A stretch of 33,570 nt of DNA from Ascoidea asiatica JCM 7603. Its lineage: Eukaryota > Fungi > Ascomycota. The notes beneath the pieces are model-generated. The model saw only the letters and a program-made list of their open reading frames with translations, ran no database searches and had not been told where the DNA came from. The DNA is taken from NCBI GenBank assembly GCA_001600695.1, contig BCKQ01000014.1, positions 319,939-353,508 on the forward strand, written 5' to 3'. Shown here in pieces: positions 1 through 12,382 of the stretch. The first letter of the stretch is position 1. Each line of letters begins with the position of its first letter. The position numbers were made by a program, and so were the translations under genes.

Positions 1-1953
1 TAATAAATGGAAAATTTTAAAGCCATTCCAATCGAGAATGATGGTTCATTCCTAACACCTGTTTCTGTTGAGGAAGAACTTCTCCATTTATATCAATCCA
101 ATACATTAGATGAAGTAGTAATAAATGGAAAATTTTCCTCTGAATCAAAAAATTTTATTAATAAGTTGTCTCAAACACCTCTTACATTTGGATCATCTTC
201 TTTGTATGAAATTCTAGATCACAATATTGGAGGCCACTATATAAGAAACAGCAAAAAATTAAATCAGGAACCAGTAAATTTTAAGGCAATTCAAGATTTA
301 CCATCCAATATTCAAAAACTTTGGCTTGAAGCTTGTACTCGTGAGTTCAATTCCTTCAATGAATTCAAAGTTTGGCAACTAATCCCAAAACCTATCAATA
401 AAGTTCCAATTTTGAGAGGAAGATGGATACTTAAAATGAAGTATATTCCTGAATTAAAACCAAAAGCAAGATGGGTAATTCAAGGTCATCGTCAAAAACC
501 TGGAAGAGACTTCGGTGAGACTTATGTACCTGTGTGTCCTAATGAGATTTTTTTCACATTAATTACAATATGTGCTCAAAAAAATTGGTTTGTTGAAACT
601 GGAGATGTTCCTTCAGCCTTTCTGAGAGGTAAACTTAAAGAAACACTTTATGTTCATCAACCTGAAGGGTTTATTAACAAACAATATTCTAATTATATAT
701 CCAAAAAAACTTGAAGTATTTATGGCCTTCATCAAGCACAAAGAGAATGGTATCTACAATTAAAGAACCAGTTAAAATCCAAATTCTATACTCAAGATGA
801 AAAGGTATCCTGTATATTCTATAAATCTAGACCAAAGATAGAAGATCTTTGGTCTAATAATAGTTGCTGTCTATGTTGACGACATTTTCTTTACTGCTTC
901 TTCAATGAAAGCTATGGAAATTACTAAAACTAATTTTAAACAATTGTTCAATATCAAATTATTAGGTGAATTAAAAAATTTTCTTGGACTACAAATTGAA
1001 TACAACAGAGACAAGGGTTATATATTCTTAAATCAAGAAAAATATTCTGATCAATTAATGGATACTTTCTTAATCAATTCAAACAAAGATAGTATCAATG
1101 TACCATATAATCACTCATTTAAAACTCTTAAAATCATTCCTGAAAAAGATAAAAATTTTTAAGAAATGAAACGATTTCCTTATGCCCAAATAGTTGGAAG
1201 TTTGATTCATTTATCTAGATTTTCTCGACCAGACATAACAAAATCTGTTCACATTTTAACCAGACATATGGTCAATTATAATGAATCTCATTACAAAAGT
1301 GATTTTCATATCCTTAAATATATAAGAAGCTCAATCACATTGGGCCTCTAGTTTCATAGATCTAATGAAAATAAATTAATTACCTTCTCCGATGCTAATT
1401 ATGCTGCTGGTGCTCAATCTGTTATTGGTACTATTACAATGTATGGTAATATACCTTTTACCTGGGGTTCTAAATTTCAAGCTGTTCCTCCTCAATCTTC
1501 CTCAGATTCACAACTGCAAGCTCTTGCATATAGCACTAACAACACCAGATACCTTGCGTGGTTCATCCCAAGACTTGCTTGCACATATTCCGAGGACACA
1601 ATTAACAGGTTTAACGAAAAATCAAATTTTAACTCAAGTTTCTAATTAGCTATTAGAAATAAATTACCTATCAAAATGTTTCTACTTCAATTTTCGTTGA
1701 TAATAAAGGTGCTATTTGTTGCACAACTGATAGTGGGAAACTTAAAGCTAAAGCTGATATCAAACAAGGATATTTATTAATTTCTGACAGAATCTATAAA
1801 AAAGAACAAAAGCTCGAATATGTTAACACTTTAAATATTATTGCTGATGTTTTTCCAAAATTTCCCACTCAAGCATCCTTTCATCATGTAGCGCAATTCA
1901 CAGTTTCTAAACCACCAGTTAGAATTTCTGAAATTTTATATTTATATGCCTAA
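1..1953 (+). mobile_element. Decayed Ty1/copia LTR-retrotransposon pol (reverse transcriptase plus RNase H); 5' part lies outside the window
   Basis: Copia RT motifs in order: KPKARWVIQGHRQKPGRDFGETYVPV, DVPSAFLRGKLKETLYVHQPEGF, SIYGLHQAQREWY (715-753), YVDD (872-883), LGELKNFLGLQI, PYAQIVGSLIHL..SRPDI. RNase H motifs follow: FSDANYA, FVDNKGAI, IIADVF, ending at TAA 1951-1953. Broken by in-frame stops (712-714, 1160-1162, 1349-1351, 1643-1645) and frameshifts near 850-860 and 1650-1690. Confidence 0.95.
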
Positions 1954-4277
1954 TTAGATAGATTGTTTAATAATAGTCTTCTGGAATTGATACATGTTTA
2001 ATAAAATTCTCGCTGAACCTAAATACAACTGTCAACCTGCTACGGAAATATGAAATAAGACTCTTTTGATAAATTATTTTGATGCTTTATAAATAATTTA
2101 AATTTCCAATAAGACCCTTTTACAGATTAAGTTAATTTTATTACCATCGGCTATATCCGATTATACTTTTAGTTTCTTGTCTATTAATGTTTTGATTTTG
2201 ATTTATTTCATTTGGTATTATTTATGCTGCTCTTCTTTAGCTGAGCACCTTCTTTTGATTTGTTTCTCTTGCACTAAAGATTAAAAACATTTTCAGTGTT
2301 CGTGGCTTGAGGTGGTGCATTTCAATACAATCTCTAGTAGGTCTTTTTTTCCTGCTTACATTTATTTTAATTTTTTTTGTTTTTTTTTTCAATTCTTTCT
2401 CCTGTTTTTTTCTTCTTTCTCGTCAGTTGTTATTTACTGGTAAACAAAGATTTTTTTATTGTTTTATTTCTTGCATGATTTCTTGTTACAACATTCCTTA
2501 CTCCATGATAAATTGCTTATTAGAAAATGGAGGTGAAGGTCATTGAGTAAGACACAACTACTTTATTTTTAAGAGCTCACTCTCCTTAACAGTCATCATT
2601 CACCAAACATTCCTGTTTATGGACGTGAATTAAATTACACTAACCAAGCCGCTGTGTGGCCAATAAACTTTGTCTAACTATGTGATCCTTATAACATGTG
2701 ACATTTGTTAGAAGAGTCACATGATCACCCAAAACATGCTCGGTTTATGTTTTAGGTAACAATTTAAGTTGTCAATCTGCAAAGACAAAACTTAGTCATC
2801 TTCTAACCACTTTTATAGTTAGTAAGACAAAATATACTTATATTGTTTATTCTTATCGTCGTTTATTCTTATCTTTTTGATCTGCTTCCTTCCTTTATCT
2901 TATCTCTGATCACATGAGCGTCTTTCTTCTTTCATCTTTCATCATTTCTTCTTCATTACTCCTGATTCATTCTGACTATCAACGTTCTTTTACTTGACAG
3001 TTTCACATCATCAATATTCCTTTACACTCAATTTAATTATATTATATCAATATATACTAATTCATTATGTATTATATTAGATTATAATATATATAATATA
3101 TAATAATATTAGGTATGTATTTCTTATACTAATATAATTTTAATTTTATTCAATTTAATTAATCTTGATTGATTACAAGTTTAAAATTTTATTCAAATTT
3201 TAGATTTTTTTAATTTTTTTTACAATAATAATTATAATAATTTAAATCAAATAGAAATTGAATTGTATTAAAACATTTGGAATAATAAAAAAGTTATAAA
3301 ATTAATAAAATTTGAAATTTTAATAAAATTTTAAACTTGTAATTAATGATGATTAATTAAGAAGATGAACTAGTTTAATGAAATTAAAAAAAAAAAAAAG
3401 TAGATTTTGTAGGAGAGGGATCGCAAATTTTTTTTTTCCAATCTGATTAAATTGGATTTAACCGAATATCGTTTTTAATAAATTACATAGTCAAATTTGC
3501 AGTTTTCGTTAAACAAAAAAAAAAAAATTCTAATTCTAATGAAATAAGAAATAACTAAGTTATCAACTCAAAGAACGCAATAGTTTGATAATTCAAATTA
3601 CCAATGTTCTTCTATATTTTATACTTAGTTGCTACTGAATCACTATTATTATAGTTTTAAGCTAAAATGGTAATTTCCTAAGCAAAAATATTAAGCTTCA
3701 TAAAACGCTTGTACACTGAAAATCCAAGTTTAAATCAAGTAAGCAATCAATATCTAGTTCTATTTGATCAATCTTTCTATCAATTATTATCTTTACAATA
3801 CCAAAATAGTATTTGATTTATATTCTGCATTCTTCAGCTTAAACAAATCTGCATTTCTTCGTTCTTTCAATCGTTGCTTGTTTTGTACTTTGTTTCGGTT
3901 TTGGTTCAGTTTTTGCCACTTTTTCGTCAACTGCAAACAAAGTTGCAACCACGTGACTGTTTTTTGTAAGTTCTTGCGTTTTTGAACTTGGATTTTTTGT
4001 AAATTTGACCAAATGAATTGACAAAATGTGAATTTAAACTTACAAAATCCTTAAATTTGATATTAAATTGTATTTAAGTACCATTTCTTGTCAACGGACA
4101 CTTTTTATTTATAATATAATCAATAAAAGATTGTAGAAGAAAATGTTATTGAAATAAATATTATTATGAATATAGATATATAAATGTTGATAATGATATT
4201 TTATATGAAAGAGATGAAAGAAATGTAAGAAAAATTCAATATTGAAATATATTGTAATATAAATTATAGTGAACATG

Positions 4278-4279
4278 AA

Positions 4280-4326
<47 letters not shown>
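4278..4326. repeat. (AAAT)n tetranucleotide microsatellite
   Basis: About 12 tandem AAAT units, read directly. An (ATT)n tract also lies at ~4514-4547. Confidence 0.9.
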
Positions 4327-4513
4327 AATAAAATAATGAAAAAAAAATCTATAGAACCATTACCTTTCAATTAAAAAAAAAAAAATAGAAACACTCCAAT
4401 AGTATTAAATATAATATTTAATAAAATATTAAAATTAACTAATTTACTTAAAAATTCTTTTACCCCAGTTGAAAAATTAAATCAATCTCATTATAATTAT
4501 AATTATAAATATA

Positions 4514-4548
<35 letters not shown>

Positions 4549-4635
4549 GAATTTAACATAAACATTTTTAAGATAAATATTTTCAGTTACATATATACAA
4601 TAATTTTATTTCATTAAACCAAAAAAAAGATCAAT

Positions 4636-5448
4636 TCAATTTTCTTCATTTGGACTTTTCTTTATTAAATTTGATTTTAATCTATTATTTTCATTAGAAA
4701 TTAAATTAAAATTTTTATATTTATAAAATTTTTCAATTGAATTAAAATTTAAAGATGCATTAAATGCAGAAATTAAAATTTCATCATTTTTATTTAAAAT
4801 TTTATAATTTTTAATCATTTTATCATTTAAAATTTTATAATCTTTAAAATTAAATTTTTCAATTAATGAATCTTCATAAAATGAAACATAATAAATTTTA
4901 TTTTTAAATTTATTTTTAAGTTTTTTTATAGAACTTTTACGTGAATTAATAATTGAAAAATTTTGATCAATTATCATTCCTGGCCAAATTAAATCTTTTT
5001 CAAATTTAATTAAAACTCTATCTCCAACTTTTATATCTAAATTAATATAATTTTCATCATTATCTTCATTTGCCTTTATATTGATATTCTCTGTTGGACT
5101 CTCCATTAAGATTTCATGTTCAATTGAATTTTCTAATTTTATTTTACTTTTTATTGAAGTATCATTTTCTTCTTCAATTTCCATTTCCATTTCATTTTCA
5201 TTTTCATTTTCATTTTCATTTTCATTTTCATTTTCATCTCTAGTTAAAATGTTACTTGAGCTTGTAAAATTTTCCGTTTTTACTTTTTTTTTAATTAATG
5301 AATCTTTTTTATAATTATAAAATTTTTCAAGAGTATTAAATTTTAAAGAATCTTCATAAGCAATAATTAAATTTTTATTTTTTTGATGATTTTTTTTTTT
5401 TGTAAATAATAATTTTGAATTTTTTTTATATTTATGTTTAATTAATGA

Positions 5449-5507
<59 letters not shown>

Positions 5508-6205
5508 CAGTATTACCATTATTTGAAATATTATTATTATTTTTTAATAAAAATTTTCTAATTAAATCATCAGATAATCTTAAAATATCTTTACCTTTAC
5601 AATTTGACCAATGAAAAGTTGAATCATTATAAAACCAAATTAATAATGAATTTTCATTTTTTTTTTTTTGAAGTAAATATTCTGAAGCAAATTCTGAATT
5701 AACAATCATTGCAGGCCATGAAGGATATGATGGAACTTTAAATAAAATTCTTTCACCAATTTTAAAATCTCCAGTTTCAATTTCATTTCCTTCATCATTA
5801 TATTCTTCTTCTTCTTCTTCCTCTTCTTGATTAATCTCTAAGCTTGAATTTTCATCATCTGCAATAGAAGGATCTTCAATTGAAGTAGAAAGTTGTTCAT
5901 TTTTTATTTCATTTTCTTCATTATTAATTGAATTTTTTTTAATATTGGTATCATCAATAATATCCTCATTTTTCTTCAATCTTTTATTATTAATGATATT
6001 ATTTTCATTATTATTAATAATATCATTATCATTATAATATGGATGATTATTATTTATATAACTATCTATATCAGTTATTTCATTATCATTATCAATAACA
6101 TTATAATTATTATTTTTATTATTAGAATATAAATCATTATCATAAGGAGGAGTTAAAATATCATTTTTATTAATATTTTTATTCATTTTGTTGTTATTTT
6201 TGTTC

Positions 6206-6244
<39 letters not shown>

Positions 6245-6874
6245 GATATATTAGTATTAGTTAATTGATCAGAATCATCAGGATCTAAAATTAAAGAATT
6301 TAAATGATTTCTTTTCCTTTTTCTATTATTATTGTTGTTACTTTTATTGAAAGTGATATTATGAATACTATTAATATAATTATTATTGAAATGAATATTA
6401 TTATTAATTATAATTTCATCATCATTTAAATCATTTTCATTTTCAGATTCAATAGAAATTGAATTATTGATTGAATTATTGATTGAATTAGTGATTAAAT
6501 TATTATTAAATGATTTATCTTTATCAATTATTTTATTAATTAAAGGAGATTGAAATTCAAATTCATAATCCGGTTCAATTTCTTCATGTACTTCTTCATG
6601 TTCTTTTACTACTTCTTCGGAAAGTATATCCGGATCCTCTTCTTCTTCTTCTTCTTCTTCTTCTTCTTTTGGTTTTTCTTTTGGTTTTTCTTTAATATCA
6701 ATTATAATATCACTATCATAATCATTATCATCATAATCATTATCATTATTATCATTAATATTTGGAATTTTAAAATTTTTATAATTATAAAATTTAATTA
6801 AATTATTAAATTTTTTTGCATGTTTATAAGCAAGTATTAAATTATTATTAATTAAATTATCATTATTATCAAGA

Positions 6875-6927
<53 letters not shown>

Positions 6928-7320
6928 TGATTTTTTTAAATTATTTTTTTTTAAAAAAATATTAATTTTATTTAAATTTAATAATTTTAAATTTGATTTT
7001 AAATCTTCACTACAAGCCCACCAAAAAGTATTATCATTATAAAACCAACATAAATTTTTATTATCATTTGAATCAATATTTTTCTTATTTCTTTTAGATT
7101 TAGATTTAGATTTAGTTTTCCTTCTTTTATTTTTATTATTAGTATTAGTATTAGTATTAGTATTAGTATTAGTAGTATTGTAATTTTCAGTTTCTTTAAT
7201 TAAATATTTTGCAAAATTATTATTAATTACCATTGCAGGCCAAAATGGATAATTTGAAACTTTAAGTAAAACTTGATTACCTGGTTTTAAATTAAAATTT
7301 TGGTTTGAAGAATTTACCAT
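4636..7320 (-). CDS. Pdp3-like chromatin reader with three PWWP domains separated by Asn/acidic low-complexity linkers (894 aa)
   Basis: Three homologous units: LKPGNQVLLKVSNYPFWPAMVI..CWFYNDNTFWW..LILAYKHAKKFNNLIKFYNYK; FKIGERILFKVPSYPSWPAMIV..IWFYNDSTFHW..LIIAYEDSLKFNTLEKFYNYK; IKVGDRVLIKFEKDLIWPGMII..VSFYEDS..LISAFNASLNFNSIEKFYKYK. The pattern resembles yeast Pdp3 as recalled (CKVGSFPPWPAVV..CFFNDPTYYW..LVNAYKEAKNF). Orthology is not certain, so no symbol is given. Confidence 0.85.
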
Positions 7321-7719
7321 TTTTTTTTTTTAAAATAACATATTAATTAAAATGAATAGCAAAATTTCTAGAATTTTTTATTAGATTATTTAGCTTTTAA
7401 AATATTTTATATATATATATAATTTAAATATAATTTAAATATAATTTTTATAGAGAATATGAATAATTTAATGAATATATAGTAGAGTGAGTATAAGTTA
7501 GTTAAATATTTGAATAAAAATATTAAGCGCCAGAGTTGGCAGATAATAAATGGATTTTTAGAATTAAAAGGAAGTGTTTTTATTTATTTCGGATTCAAAA
7601 GCAGCAAAAGAAAGAAGATAAGCAAAATGAGAGCAGAAAAGAAAGGAACAGAAACCATTTGCAGTAAACACAACAAGCAATGAAGAAAGCAATAAAGATA
7701 GCAATAAAGATAGCGGTAC

Positions 7720-7765
7720 GAGGAGTGACCAAACAGTATCACGTGGTGACATGTCAGGTGACTAG
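7720..7765. promoter_or_regulatory. GC-richer upstream element of the PWWP gene: E-box and palindrome
   Basis: CACGTG at 7740-7745 (Cbf1/Pho4/Tye7-type bHLH site), perfect palindrome TGACATGTCA at 7747-7756, three GTGAC cores; about 400 bp upstream of the ATG at 7320. Confidence 0.4.
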
Positions 7766-8032
7766 TTTCAGGTTGCTCAGTTGGATTTATTTTCAAAATA
7801 GTCGCCACTTTTATGGGTCTTTTGATTACTACAGTGCTATTATATTTATTATTATAATATTGTTATTATAATATTGTTATTATATGGTTTATATAGAAAA
7901 TAGAAAAGTATTGAAAGTATTAAAAGTAATCATGAGAAAGAGAATAGTCATAAGGTCATAAAGTCATAAAGTCATAAAGTCATTAGTTACATAGTAAAAG
8001 CATTAAAGTATTAATTAATTGATAATATTAAT

Positions 8033-8431
8033 TTATGTTATTAATTTATGTTTTAAAACTTTTATAATACATTGATTTTCACTCAAATTAAAAGAAGATG
8101 ATCTTAATGGGTTTAATGGTTTTAAAGGATTAAAAGATTTTAAAGATTTCAGACTATTAAAAGAATTAAATGAATTTGATCTACTATTACTTTCACTATT
8201 ATTATTAATATTATTAATATTATTAATATTATTAATATTATTATTATTATCTAAAGAACTAAAAAATTGACAATTCATACAAAATATATGTTTACATTTT
8301 TTACAAAAATTTAAATCATCAAAATTTAATTCAAAATTTAATTCTTTTGGTAATTTATTATCATTTAAACAATTTGAACATTTCCAATAATCATTAATTT
8401 GAGATTTTGATCTATTATAAAATTTTACCAT
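8033..8431 (-). CDS. Small putative zinc-binding protein of unknown function (132 aa)
   Basis: ATG in an A-rich context and host-like codon usage. Motif W-K-C-x2-C-x21-C-x2-C-x-H-x2-C-x2-C, followed by an Asn/Ser low-complexity tail. Confidence 0.65.
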   Translation of the reverse strand: MVKFYNRSKSQINDYWKCSNCLNDNKLPKELNFELNFDDLNFCKKCKHIFCMNCQFFSSLDNNNNINNINNINNINNNSESNSRSNSFNSFNSLKSLKSFNPLKPLNPLRSSSFNLSENQCIIKVLKHKLIT

Positions 8432-8794
8432 TTTTAAAAATTAATTATTTATTTATATGTTATATGATATATGATATATGATATATGATTTATGATTTAT
8501 AAGTTTTGATTATTTAAGTAATTAAGTAGTTAATTGATTGATAAGATTGAATAAATGAATAAATTGTAAATAAAGTAATTGAAAATAAATATTTTATTAA
8601 AGGAATATTCATTACTTTATATTAATTTGATTTGAGATACATTTGAAAGATTCAAGATTTACATTTCATATATTTAAAGTAATTAAAGTAATTAAAGTAA
8701 CTAAAGTAATCAAGGGAATTAATGGAGTTAATTACTATTCTAAGGGTTAATAACTGTTTAGTCATTTGCATTATTAATATTAATAATATCAATA

Positions 8795-9160
8795 AACAGA
8801 AATCGAGTTGGAATCTTCAGATCTTCGCGGTCCAGAATCAGCCGCACTCGGAAAGACCCGGCTTTGGTCCCATCCGCTGCGATGTTTCTCGGACTTCCCT
8901 CTCTCTCGGACCACGCCTGTTTCCGAAGCGCCTGTGACAAATCTCAGATGATTGCTGCCCACAAATAGGACGCAGGTTGCCAAGAAAGTAATTCAAGGAC
9001 ATTGTTTCGGATACTACTTCATACATATTCTAGTTCCCGTCCGTTCCGAGTACTTCGGATTTATACCGGGTACTTACCGGATATAGGGGGTTGCTTATTC
9101 CGTTTTCTTTGCACAGTGCACTACTGCGCTGACTCAGTGCTTTGTCAGCGCTACAACAAG
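8795..9160. promoter_or_regulatory. GC-rich island between divergent genes, probably a bidirectional promoter
   Basis: Sharply higher GC than the flanks; many CGG/CCG triplets (Zn2Cys6-type half sites); TGACTCA (Gcn4/AP-1 type) at 9130-9136. A structured ncRNA is not excluded. Confidence 0.45.
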
Positions 9161-9372
9161 ACCTTTTTCTCTTATTTCATTATTTTGGCTGTTTTATTAC
9201 TACTGTAGCTTATGGGAATAATAAAAGTAAACTAAAACATATTTGACAGATAACTAAATAATGATAATCATAATCATAATAACAATAATGATAATGATAA
9301 TGATATAGAATAGAAGAATATAACTTAAAATAATAGAATATAATATAATATATTATATTATCATATACAATA

Positions 9373-10497
9373 ATGTCAAATTTAAAAATTAAAGAAAGAT
9401 TATTAACTGTTCAAAGATTAGGACTTTATAATACTTTACCACCAAAAATTTTAAAAAAATTATATTTTGAAAATGATTTAATTTTAAATTCAATTGAAAA
9501 AAATATAAATGATTTAGAATTATATAATCTTATGGAATTACAATTTTATTTATCTTTAATTATGAATAAAAATTTAGAAGCAAAATTAATGTTACAAAGA
9601 TTATTTGATAAATTTTCAATAAATAATAATAATAATATTAATAATATTAATAATATTGATATTAATGAAACTAGTAATATAAATGAAAATGAAAATGAAA
9701 AATTATTATTATTAAATTCAATATATTTAGAATCTAATAAAGGTTATGAATTTGCTTTAAATTATTTAATTAAAGTTTCAAAAAATAAAAATAATTTATT
9801 TTTATTAACAAGAAGAAAAATTTATTTATCAAATAAAATTAATCAAAAAAATTTACTTTTAACAAATTCAAATTCAAATATAAAAATTAAAAATAAAAAT
9901 AAAAATAATTTAATTAAAAATTTAGAAATTTATAATAATTATACAAAAGATTTATCACTTTATTTAAATATTAATCCAATTGATTGTCAATCATGGTTTG
10001 AATTATCTGAAATTTATTTAAAATTAGGTAATTATAAAAAATCAATTTTTTCAATTCAAGAAATTTTAATTAATTATCCTTTTGCTTATAATATTATTTC
10101 AAAATTAGCTTTAATTCATTTATCTTATTCATATAAAATTTTATTTGATAATTCAATAATTAATAAAAATTATTCTCAAAATATTATTGATAATTTTTAT
10201 AATAATTATAAATTATCATTAAAATATTTTTTAAAATCAATTGAATTAAATGAATATAATTTAAAAAGTTGGTGTGGAATTTTAAATTTAACAAATTTTA
10301 AAAAATTTAATAAAATTTTTGAAAAAAATAAAAATTTAATTAAAAAATTTGAAAATAATAATGATTTATTAAATTTTAAAAAATTAAATAATTTATCAAT
10401 TTTAAAAATTAATTATATTATTAATAATAAACTTTCAAATGATTTTGATATAAATTTAGCTAAAAATTTCTTAAATTCTATAAATAATGATAAATAA
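9373..10497 (+). CDS. EMC2: ER membrane protein complex subunit 2 (TPR-like)
   Basis: N-terminus KERLLTVQRLGLYNTLPP..YNLMELQFYLSL..AKLMLQRLFDKF and TPR region YLNINPIDCQSWFELSEIYLKLGNYKKSIFSIQEILINYPFAYN..YFLKSIEL..LKSWCGI match the Emc2 pattern; Asn-rich insertions present. Confidence 0.85.
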   Translation: MSNLKIKERLLTVQRLGLYNTLPPKILKKLYFENDLILNSIEKNINDLELYNLMELQFYLSLIMNKNLEAKLMLQRLFDKFSINNNNNINNINNIDINETSNINENENEKLLLLNSIYLESNKGYEFALNYLIKVSKNKNNLFLLTRRKIYLSNKINQKNLLLTNSNSNIKIKNKNKNNLIKNLEIYNNYTKDLSLYLNINPIDCQSWFELSEIYLKLGNYKKSIFSIQEILINYPFAYNIISKLALIHLSYSYKILFDNSIINKNYSQNIIDNFYNNYKLSLKYFLKSIELNEYNLKSWCGILNLTNFKKFNKIFEKNKNLIKKFENNNDLLNFKKLNNLSILKINYIINNKLSNDFDINLAKNFLNSINNDK

Positions 10498-10825
10498 ATT
10501 TACTTACTTTCTTTCAATAAATTATTTTATAAATATTGTAATATTGTAATTATTGTAATTATTGTAATATTATAGTAGAAAAAGGGTAATTTTAAGTTAA
10601 AAAACCATTCCGAGGGTAATTCAACCATATTGGGTAACTAGTAAAACTTTATATCCGGAGATACGAGGGTTCCCAATTCAGTTTCAATTTCAATTACAAT
10701 TTCAATTTCAAATTTAAAACAATTTAACACTAAAATAATAATAATTTAAAAAGATAATTGATTAAAGAATTAATGATTAGATGATAATATTTTAAATTTA
10801 ATCAATCAATCAATCATATATTATA

Positions 10826-12350
10826 ATGGAATCAATAAATCCTGATTTAACTTCTTTTCCAATTCAATCTTCATGTTCAGATAATCTATTAAAAATATTA
10901 TTAGAAAATAAATTTAAAAAAAATAAAATTATAGATTTAAAAGATTTATTAAATCAATCAATCAATTCAATTAAAAAAAATAATTATAATAATCAAGAAT
11001 TTGAAGATGAAGATGAAGAAGTAATAGTAGAATTTGAAGATAAACAAGAAAAATTTCAAAATAATGATGATAAAGATAAAGATAAAGATAAAGAAAAAAT
11101 TAAAATTAATGATGATTTAATAATAAATATGGATGATGAAGATGAATTAAATTTTATTTCAAATAATTCATATAATTTAAATAATTATGAACCAAATTCT
11201 TTATTAAATTTAAAACCATGGAAAAATGATTTTAATTTTTTTAAAAATGTATTCATTTCAAATTTATCTTTAATTAAAATCTCAATTCATAGTATTCTTG
11301 GTGGTAATATTGAAGTTATGGGTATGTTAATTGGTAAAATTTATAAAAATTCTTTAATTATTATGGATATTTATTCATTACCTGTTCAAGGTACAGAAAC
11401 AAGAGTTAATGCTCAAGAAGATGCTTATGAATATATGGCAAATTATTTAGATTCTTTAAAATATTTAGGTTATAGAAATGAAAATATTATTGGTTGGTAT
11501 CATTCACATCCTGGTTATGGATGTTGGTTATCAGGTATTGATGTTGCAACTCAATATCTTAATCAAACTCATCAAGATCCTTATTTAGCTATAGTCATTG
11601 ATCCAAAAAAATCTTTAAATCAAGGTTTAATTGAAATTGGCGCTTTTAGAACTTATCCAAATAATTATAATATTAATTCAGATGATAATATCACTAATAA
11701 TGATAATAATAATAGTAATGAAAATAGTAAAAAAAATTCAAATGTACCAGTCTCAAAACTTAATGATTTTGGTATTCATTCAAATAGATATTATTCATTA
11801 AATATAAAAGTTTTTAAAAATAATAAAGATAATAAAATTTTGAATTTATTAAAAAAAAGTTTTTGGTCATCAAATTTATTAATTGATAATTTAAAAATTA
11901 TTGATGATGAAAAAAATTTAAATGAAACTTTAGATATTCTAAATGATTCATTTAATTCAAAACAAATTTTAAATAAAAAGTTTTTTGATAAATCTACTTT
12001 AAAAAGATCAGGTTTATCATCATTTAATAATAATTATAATGAAAGTGATATTGATAATATTAGTGATAATGATAATAATAATGATAACGATAATGATAAC
12101 AATAATGATATTGATATAGATAATGAAATTGATATTGATAGTGAAGAATATAGTGATAATGAAAATGAAGGTGATAATAATGAAGATAATAATTCAAAAT
12201 TTTATCATGCTATTAAAACAAAAAGAGATAACTCAAATTTAAATAAAAAAATTTATGGAATTGAAAAATTTTCAAAAAAATTATTAGGTAAGAAAAAAAA
12301 GTTAAAAAAAAATACAACAATAATTGATAATGAAAGAATAGTAATCTTTG

Positions 12351-12382
<32 letters not shown>

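Noticed and set aside
3764-4024. Short ORFs on both strands
   Set aside because: Non-ATG starts and no recognisable motif; possibly an element remnant, but unsupported.
5081-6801. Plus-strand ORFs 5081-5314 and 6550-6801; similar ORFs at 12213-12452, 12253-12435, 18484-18819, 18768-18974, 19471-19659, 20152-20409 and 20443-20637
   Set aside because: Antisense or off-frame shadows of real genes, mostly produced by low-complexity repeats.
9070-9082. TACTTACC resembling the U1 snRNA 5' end
   Set aside because: No recognisable U1 stem-loops or Sm site downstream.
8722-9208. Five overlapping short ORFs
   Set aside because: They arise because the GC-rich island has few stop codons; codon usage is unlike host genes and no motifs are present.
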